A stretch of DNA of 64,000 nt from a virus, in IMG/VR virus record IMGVR_UViG_3300035181_002522, positions 1-64,000 of that record. One strand, given 5' to 3'. The notes beneath the pieces are model-generated. The model saw only the letters and a program-made list of their open reading frames with translations, was not told the DNA's origin and ran no database searches. Position 1 is the first letter of the stretch. Each line of letters opens with the position of its first letter. The translations under genes were made by a program, and so were the position numbers. Below are positions 57,460 through 64,000 of the stretch, in pieces.

Positions 57460-58005
57460 ATATAGTTGATTTATTGAATACTTCATTCCTTTATGCTCAT
57501 AAGGACCATATTCAATTCGTTTTTCCCAAACCCCATACTGATTAGGCTCTTCTGTCGATAATATTGGGAATGTAATATCACCAGCTGACTGTATATGAAC
57601 AACCGTTTCATATACAATGTCAACTAACCCATCAGCTAAGGCTTGTTCATAAATTATTCCACCACCAATTACAACCGCTTCATCATTAACGCTGTGAGCA
57701 ACGCTAATTGCCTTAGCTAGGGTGTCAACGGTGACGACTGGGATACGATCGTAGCCATAGCTTAAGTGGCCATTAACAAATGGAAAAATTTTGTCAGGGG
57801 AACGTGTGATGACAATATTTAATCGCGCGTCAAGTGGTTTTCCTAAAGAAAGAAAGGTATTACTACCCATGATGACAGGTTTATGCAGAGTCAATTCTCG
57901 AAAATATTTCAGGTCAGCTGGGATATGCCATGGGATTGAATTTGAAGTAGAATTACCAATATGCCAATCAAGGTCGTGTGCAACTACTAAACTTACTCGT
58001 TTCAT
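57445..58005 (-). CDS. folA: dihydrofolate reductase
   Basis: IG...IPWHIPADLKYF..LT...VIMG..TF.SL..PL..R.NIVITR, VIGGG.IY, GD..FP. Confidence 0.92.
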   Translation of the reverse strand: MKRVSLVVAHDLDWHIGNSTSNSIPWHIPADLKYFRELTLHKPVIMGSNTFLSLGKPLDARLNIVITRSPDKIFPFVNGHLSYGYDRIPVVTVDTLAKAISVAHSVNDEAVVIGGGIIYEQALADGLVDIVYETVVHIQSAGDITFPILSTEEPNQYGVWEKRIEYGPYEHKGMKYSINQLYKKRA

Positions 58006-58202
58006 ATTATGCTTGCTGTAGTAGGTGGCGCTGGAATTTCTAATTTTGTTGCTGAATCAGGTTGTGGAATTGCAGGAAGTTGCCTCCAACCTTTTTCATT
58101 TTGCCAAAGGCTCATAATCCAGCAAGTTCCATCATCACACAATGAAACAACTTCTCCATTATCAGCAATAGCAATATTAATTATTTTTCTCATCATTATC
58201 AC
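58002..58202 (-). CDS. small hypothetical protein
   Basis: LCDDGTCW...W..LP.IPQ pattern; ATGA overlap with DHFR. Confidence 0.65.
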   Translation of the reverse strand: MIMMRKIINIAIADNGEVVSLCDDGTCWIMSLWQNEKGWRQLPAIPQPDSATKLEIPAPPTTASII

Positions 58203-58254
58203 TCATTATAATGTTATTTAATAAAAGAACTGCGTAAGTTCAGAAATAGTGCCT

Positions 58255-59013
58255 TTAATTCTTACCTTCGTCTCGTTTTCTTTTTCTAAATGATTGTTTT
58301 AAGTCAAACCCTTTTGAAACAATAAGGTCTTTATCGGCTATTGTAACAGGTGGAACAATATCTAGATTATCTTTTAAGATGTTCCCAAGATAATAATCTA
58401 GTTCTTGATAAAGCCTTTCCGCTGGGTATATTGCAGCAAAACCAAGTTCTGAAAGTCTTGGAATATCTTCATTCACGTAAACATAAACACCATTAGTTTG
58501 AACCTTATGCTGTTTAGAATAAGTGAACCCATTGCAAGTAATATATCCATCAACAAAAAATACTGGCTGTTGAAGTATTCTGCTGACTTCAACTAGTTGG
58601 TCATTCCATTTTGGAATGAAATCTTTTTCATTAATTGGAGACCACCACCAATACAATAATTCTTTCTTTACTATTTGAAATATTCCAGCATCTGTCTCTG
58701 GATTATAAATTTTCCAGGAAGTCCATTTGTCACTGATATCAAATTTTTGTTTGATATTTTTACGAAAACAAAGGTACTGTTTACCACAAACAAAAAGGTA
58801 TTTAATTTGGATATCTTCAATGCCACGGTTAAAATTTAACTTAAATTCTTGAACCTTTAAAGGAACTAGCAAATCATAGCTAAATTCAAAGTTTAATTGT
58901 TTTTTAGCTCCTTCTAAAGATATTTTATTGCGAAGGTAGACAGTGTTAGTGTCTACCCCGAATTGTGTCGAACAGTAATCATAGTAGTCTTTATATTTAC
59001 TAACAATTTTCAC
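58255..59013 (-). CDS. conserved-looking phage hypothetical protein
   Basis: 252 aa; MKIVSKYKDYYD...GFDLKQSFR; AAGGAG RBS. Confidence 0.75.
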   Translation of the reverse strand: MKIVSKYKDYYDYCSTQFGVDTNTVYLRNKISLEGAKKQLNFEFSYDLLVPLKVQEFKLNFNRGIEDIQIKYLFVCGKQYLCFRKNIKQKFDISDKWTSWKIYNPETDAGIFQIVKKELLYWWWSPINEKDFIPKWNDQLVEVSRILQQPVFFVDGYITCNGFTYSKQHKVQTNGVYVYVNEDIPRLSELGFAAIYPAERLYQELDYYLGNILKDNLDIVPPVTIADKDLIVSKGFDLKQSFRKRKRDEGKN

Positions 59014-59068
59014 CTAGAATTTCTCCTTTAGTTAAATTGCAAAGACTACCATGACACTGTTGAGGTGT

Positions 59069-60661
59069 TTACAGTTTGCCTGTAGCGAAGTTGCTAATCA
59101 GTTGCGGAACAGCTGAATCAAAACCAACAATATCCAAAGAATGGCTATCAGTTGGGTCAGCTACGGAAAAGTTAGTGACCGTAGTACCACAAATGACATA
59201 TCTAGCTTCTTTGTTGAATGAACCGCGGAACTGCTCCAATGCTTGACGTGGGTGGCAACCACGATTAACTTCATTGTCAGTGATTGACACGAAACAATCC
59301 ACTGGCAATTTATTTGCAATTGCGTAATCGACTGGAGCGGCCAAGTTGGTAGAGCTCCAATTAAAACGACGTACAACTTCCATTGCTTCATTCAAACTCA
59401 TTCGGTCATGAATGTTCAGCTCGCTAAAGCCAGTGCTAAAGCCACAGATAACATAGTTTTTCTCGGTTTTCATGATAGCCATCGCGATAACAGTAGCCGC
59501 TTCAGCCGCAGTGATGTTGTCCAAACCATATACGTGAGTGTTAAACATTGAGCCAGAGCAGTCTATGCCAAGCAAGAAATTTTTGCCGGTTGGCTCAACA
59601 TTTTTGAAGGCTTCATAAAAAGCTGCGTCCAGTGCACTAACGATACGTTGGTTTGGTTGCCAAGTCAAAGAACCTTTAACACTACGTCCAGAACTGTAAG
59701 TTTTCAATGCAGCCAATACGTTGATTGGGTGAATACGAGAGCGCTTCAGTAATTCAGTATCAGAAAGTAAGTTGATAACAGTTTTTGATGCATCAGACAA
59801 TGAGCCTAACATACCAATGCTTGACATACGACCAAGGTTACGTAGCAACGCGGTATAACCGATTTTTTCAATTAGTTTTTCCCAGATTTGAGAATTACGT
59901 AATAGCTGAGTTGGCAGCATTTCCCAAGTTAATCCGTCGTTTTCGATTGCTATGATTGCATTTTTAACCGTTGGGTTTGCATGCAGTTCAGAGAAGACGC
60001 GAACAATTTTAGGAGAAGTTTCAGTGACTTCTTTTGTCACTGCCCAACGATACGCATTTGAGCGCTCTTCGGTATCTGGTTTAACGTGAGCCAAGCGCAA
60101 TACGTCACGGTGTGACCAACCATCACGGCTTTGGTATTTCAGCATTTGGAAAACAACTTTGTCGAGTTCTTTTTTGTTGTACCAGGCAGAGATACCACGT
60201 TTTGCAACTGCATTCCATTTACCTAACTGATTAACCGTCTCAACGAATTGAAACAAGTGTGTACCGATGCGGCAAACTTTTGGCAGAGCGTCATATGCAG
60301 CTTTACGACCAGCTTCATCAGCATAGATGGAAGTCAATGCCAAAGCGAAGATTGCTGGGTCATTTTTAGGTGCGCGACCGCCATTTGAAATTTCAACGAT
60401 ACGGTTAACAACAGTGATTGCGTCTTGTTTGATGAGCTTAATTACATTTGTCGCGGCAGCTTCAGTCAGTTTTTTTGCTGAAGTGTAGTACGTTGGGCGG
60501 TCACTTCCCAATATCAAAAATCTGTCCAAATAGCCCCAGTCATCAAGCTTAAACGTATAGCCACCAGTTGAGTTGACAACCATTTCAGCTTCACGACCAA
60601 CGATAGAACAAGTTACTGGAGTATTTTGAGTTGCTTGCTTGAGGGTTTTTGCATATGACAT
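59069..60661 (-). CDS. rsr: Ro60/TROVE-domain RNA-binding protein (Rsr)
   Basis: NSTGGYTF, LDRFLILGS..TYY, GRAPK, CRIGTHLF, KYQSRDGWSHRDVLRLAH, ALLRNLGRM, RIHP, vWA MIDAS DCSGSM, TDNE, GFDS. Confidence 0.95.
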   Translation of the reverse strand: MSYAKTLKQATQNTPVTCSIVGREAEMVVNSTGGYTFKLDDWGYLDRFLILGSDRPTYYTSAKKLTEAAATNVIKLIKQDAITVVNRIVEISNGGRAPKNDPAIFALALTSIYADEAGRKAAYDALPKVCRIGTHLFQFVETVNQLGKWNAVAKRGISAWYNKKELDKVVFQMLKYQSRDGWSHRDVLRLAHVKPDTEERSNAYRWAVTKEVTETSPKIVRVFSELHANPTVKNAIIAIENDGLTWEMLPTQLLRNSQIWEKLIEKIGYTALLRNLGRMSSIGMLGSLSDASKTVINLLSDTELLKRSRIHPINVLAALKTYSSGRSVKGSLTWQPNQRIVSALDAAFYEAFKNVEPTGKNFLLGIDCSGSMFNTHVYGLDNITAAEAATVIAMAIMKTEKNYVICGFSTGFSELNIHDRMSLNEAMEVVRRFNWSSTNLAAPVDYAIANKLPVDCFVSITDNEVNRGCHPRQALEQFRGSFNKEARYVICGTTVTNFSVADPTDSHSLDIVGFDSAVPQLISNFATGKL

Positions 60662-60694
60662 ATTACGGCTCCATTTATTAGGGCAAAATATAAA

Positions 60695-61016
60695 ACAACT
60701 TAGACAGCAAGTAGTGAAATCGGGAATTTCAGTTTACACCCTATCTTTCCATGCCGAAACAGAGGGTAAAGTACCACAGAGGTCATAACCTATCCTCACA
60801 AAGGGAGTAAGGAATCCCGTCGACAATTAACGTAGTGTCAACTCACGCTTAATAATTCGCTACTAAAAGCTAGTTATGATTTAGCTCATAACGGCATCCC
60901 TGTCACCTGCAGGTCTGGGTGCTCTTGAAGTCGGTCATCCTTTCGAATCCAAACCTTGCAAAAGCATTTATTAGTGACAGTTAAGATAACCAATTTCGAT
61001 CGGCAATCTAAGTTGT
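60695..61016 (-). ncRNA. Y RNA-like non-coding RNA (~322 nt) with large structured insert
   Basis: 5' ACAACUUAGA pairs perfectly with 3' UCUAAGUUGU. The adjacent GCCGA/UUGC helix has a bulged C, then GAAAUUGG/CCGAUUUC, then GUUAUC. Lies immediately upstream of Ro60 on the same strand. Confidence 0.78.
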
Positions 61017-61093
61017 AGTTTTTATCTGAACATTAAGTTCAAATTCGTTTCAAGCCAGAAAAGAGTAATTACTTATCAACCTGAAAAAAGGAT

Positions 61094-61143
61094 ATTATAA
61101 CACCACGTAAAATATTTTTACATTTTAGAACGTGGTGTTATAA
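61094..61143 (-). promoter_or_regulatory. promoter for the Y RNA-Ro60 unit, embedded in a 14-bp inverted repeat
   Basis: TGTAAA-17 nt-TATAAT (TG-extended); IR TTATAACACCACGT (61095-61108)/ACGTGGTGTTATAA (61130-61143). Confidence 0.55.
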
Positions 61144-61155
61144 CTTTGACAGGAA

Positions 61156-61719
61156 TTAAGCGTCTTTAGTCATCAGTACATCGTCAAACGCACCACCAGC
61201 TCCAAAATGAGCTTTAAGCTGATTATAAGCACGTTGATAAAAATTAAACATTTTGTCAATGTTCGTTTTTAATTTATTCATTGCCGTTGTATCACCACCT
61301 TTTGCGGCTTCTAACTGAGCACGCCATGCTTTCGCTAATGATGGGGCATGAGTTGCTCCAATATCTTGAAGTAGCTCATCAGCATTACGCTTTTCACTAA
61401 ATTCTTTGGGCGCATGCGGGTTATCTAAGCCGTCTAAGAATTTAAAAAAGTTTTTAGAAGCACCTGATTGGTCAATCTTAGAAAAATCGTCTATAACGTC
61501 ACGATCGTCTTTACGACCTAATAGCTGTAGCCCAGCTAGTGCGTTTGACATCTCGTCTAATTCATTATCTTCTAAACTTTCAAGTGGGTTTTCATTTTTC
61601 AAACCAAACTGCGCATGAAGATGTCCAAGGAACTTATCAACTCGTTCCATCAGAATAAATTCTTGCTTATGCTCGTCTCGAATGGTTTGCAACTCTACCA
61701 AGAGTTCAAGTGCAGCCAT
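61156..61719 (-). CDS. hypothetical helical protein (late)
   Basis: 187 aa; AAGGAG RBS; TATAAATA upstream at 61784-61791. Confidence 0.75.
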   Translation of the reverse strand: MAALELLVELQTIRDEHKQEFILMERVDKFLGHLHAQFGLKNENPLESLEDNELDEMSNALAGLQLLGRKDDRDVIDDFSKIDQSGASKNFFKFLDGLDNPHAPKEFSEKRNADELLQDIGATHAPSLAKAWRAQLEAAKGGDTTAMNKLKTNIDKMFNFYQRAYNQLKAHFGAGGAFDDVLMTKDA

Positions 61720-61802
61720 GTGTATCTCCTTTAAAAAGTATGTTTTTCAATTTGCAAATTGAGCTATAATTTAGCCATAACACTATTTATATGCTTGCAT
61801 AA

Positions 61803-63233
61803 TGGAACTGCTACGAAAACTGACAGACTAAGGGTCTTGTCTCTGTCTCTGCGCGCTTATCTTCAGCTTTTCAAAAACGTAGCACTCATAAAAGGAGATT
61901 TAATTGCCTCTTTTTTATGAACTAATGAAGTACTATGAAAACTGACAGACTAAGGGTCTTGTCTGCGTCTCTGCGCGCTTATCTTCAGCTTTTCAAAAAC
62001 GTAGCCTTTATGAAATTCACTTCTATGCAATTTTAAAATTCAGCAAATAGGTTCATTTATAATTTCAATTAAAATTGCACAGAAGTGACCTGCGTCATTC
62101 AGATCAATCAAATTTCTTTTTTTCTTTTTGACTTATCTAGCATCATCTTTGTCTTTTTCCAAAACATAGCGTTTTTGAAAAGACGGATTATTTTGCCCTC
62201 TTTTTGTATCGATGAACTACTACGAAAACTGACAGACTAAGGGTCTTGTCTCTGTCTCTGCGCGCTTATCTTCAGCTTTTCAAAAACGTAGCACTCATAA
62301 AAGGAGACTTAATTTTCTCTTTTTTGTATCAGGGGAACTGCTACGAAAACTGACAGACTAAGGGTCTTGTCTGCGTCTCTGCGCATTTCTTTTTTCGTCT
62401 TTTTAAAAACGTAGCGTTCATGAAATTCACTTCTGTGCAATTTTAAAATTCAACAAATAGGTTCATTTATAATTTCAATTAAAATTCAACAGGGGTGACC
62501 TGCGTCATTCAGATCAATCAAATTTCTTTTTTTCTTTTTGACTTGTCTCGCATCATCTTTGTCTTTTTCCAAAACGTAGCGTTTTTTGTGAACTACTACG
62601 AAAACTGACAGACTAAGGGTCTTGTCTCTGTCTCTGCGCGCTTATCTTCAGCTTTTCAAAAACGTAGCACTCATAAAAGGAGATTTAATTGCCTCTTTTT
62701 TGGGACCAATGAACTGCTATGAAAACTGACAGACTAAGGGTCTTGTCTCGCTTGCAAATATTCTCTCTCTCGTCTTTTCAAAAACGTAGCCTTTTTAAAA
62801 ATCACTTCTGTGCTATTTTAAAATTCAGCAAATAGGTTCATTCATAATTTCAATCAAAATTCAACAGGGGTGACCTGTGTCATTCAGATCAATTGAATTT
62901 CTTTTTTTCTATTTTAACTTGTCTCGCTTGCAAATATTTCTCTCAGCTTTTTCCAAAATGCAGTGTTTTTGTGAACTGCTATGAAAACTGACAGACTAAG
63001 GGTCTTGTCTCTGTCTCGCAATTTCTTTTTTCGTCTTTTTGAAAACGTAGCACTCATAAAAAAAGAGACAATTAAGTCTCTTTTTTTTGAACTAATGAAG
63101 TACTACGAAAAAGGAGATTTAATTGCCTCTTTTTTGTATCAGCGAACTGCTACGAAAACTGACAGACTAAGGGTCTTGTCTGCGTCTCTGCGCATTTCTC
63201 TCAGCTTTTTTAAAAACGTAGCCTTTCCTCATC
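61803..63233. repeat. Modular non-coding repeat array 2 (8 full cores plus 1 truncated)
   Basis: Same core starts at 61816, 61938, 62225, 62346, 62601, 62722, 62984 and 63155, with a truncated copy near 63101. Same B and C modules as array 1. Confidence 0.95.
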
Positions 63234-63393
63234 GTTGTGTCCTAAATGACATCATTTAGCCAGTGATAAATAATTTACAATTTAATAAATTGCGTTTAGT
63301 GATGATTTAAATTGTAGTAATAGGTTCACATATCATTTAAATTAAAATTTAACTGAGGTGATCAGCTTCATTCAGAACAAATAAACTACACCT

Positions 63394-64000
63394 ATGAATA
63401 AATTTATTTTTACAATTTTAACATGTTTAAGCCTCAGTTCAGCATATGGATGTACGGAGGTTGATGAGCAGTTTTTACCAAAGCAAAACATTTCAACGAT
63501 TGATTTATGCAGGACAGACTATCAGGTTGCATATTCACTTGAGCTAAAAAGTCCGATATGGGTTGGAGAAACATTAACGGCTGAAGAGATTAGTGCCGCT
63601 ATAGTTCGCGTCAATATGTTTAGGGCCGACCCAACTTTAAATCATGGCGAACGCGCGGAATTGGCTGATTATTCAGATAGTGGATACGATCGAGGTCATT
63701 TATTCTCGGCTTTAGATTCAAGCTCTGAAAAGGCTATGGAAGAAAGTTTTTATTTGTCAAATATGGTTCCACAGTTGCCAGCAAATAATCGTGGCATTTG
63801 GAATCAGTTAGAGCGTAGAGTTCGAGACATGGCGGTTAAACAGAGAAAATTAATTATTTTTTCAGGACCAGTTTTTGTGAGAGATAATCGGACAATTGGC
63901 GATAATCATATTCCAGTTCCGATGGATTTGTTCAAGGTAATTTACGACCCAGCCACTCAAACCGTTTTAACTTTCATTATCCCAAATCAAAAAGTTTCAA
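63394..64000 (+). CDS. DNA/RNA non-specific endonuclease (Serratia/NucA family) with signal peptide; runs off the window
   Basis: Manual translation MNKFIFTILTCLSLSSAYGC...FRADP...SGYDRGHL...SFYLSNMVPQ...NNRGIWNQLE. Confidence 0.9.
   Translation, partial: MNKFIFTILTCLSLSSAYGCTEVDEQFLPKQNISTIDLCRTDYQVAYSLELKSPIWVGETLTAEEISAAIVRVNMFRADPTLNHGERAELADYSDSGYDRGHLFSALDSSSEKAMEESFYLSNMVPQLPANNRGIWNQLERRVRDMAVKQRKLIIFSGPVFVRDNRTIGDNHIPVPMDLFKVIYDPATQTVLTFIIPNQKVS

Noticed and set aside
60695-61016. tRNA, tmRNA or RNase P identity for the structured RNA
   Set aside because: No canonical T-arm with acceptor stem/CCA, no tmRNA termini and no RNase P GAGGAAAGUCC motif were found by eye. The terminal stem and the Ro60 context fit a Y RNA better.
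61803-63233. Arrays as genome terminal repeats or circular-overlap artefact
   Set aside because: Module order and copy number differ between the arrays and the flanks on both sides are unrelated. The window also lacks capsid, terminase and polymerase genes, so it is not a complete genome.

Overview
AT-rich, gene-dense 64-kb segment of a large T4-like (jumbo) tailed dsDNA phage. It holds two virion tail/receptor-binding gene clusters (~3.8-13.7 kb on the minus strand, 38-57.4 kb on the plus strand) and a minus-strand block of DNA, nucleotide and RNA metabolism genes. That block includes type II topoisomerase subunits, thymidylate synthase, a T4 gp42-like dCMP hydroxymethylase, a dNMP kinase, a MazG-like pyrophosphatase, DHFR, a DinG-like helicase, two DnaJ proteins and an Rnl1-type RNA ligase. 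T4-like late (ATAAATA) and sigma70/early-type promoters and several decayed genes are also visible. Three things stand out. (1) A Ro60/TROVE gene is preceded by a ~320-nt structured non-coding RNA with a Y-RNA-type Ro-binding terminal stem and an unusually large multi-helix insert. (2) Two related non-coding modular repeat arrays (88-1068 and 61803-63233) lie ~61.7 kb apart, with the same boundary sequences and shared variant alleles, each flanked by outward-facing late-promoter motifs. (3) A late operon encodes enzymes (Pol-beta-type nucleotidyltransferase, KxDG ligase-like protein, GNAT acetyltransferase) whose N-termini resemble the T4 capsid-targeting signal, suggesting they are packaged and injected. 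All assignments come from motif recognition by eye; no database searches were run.
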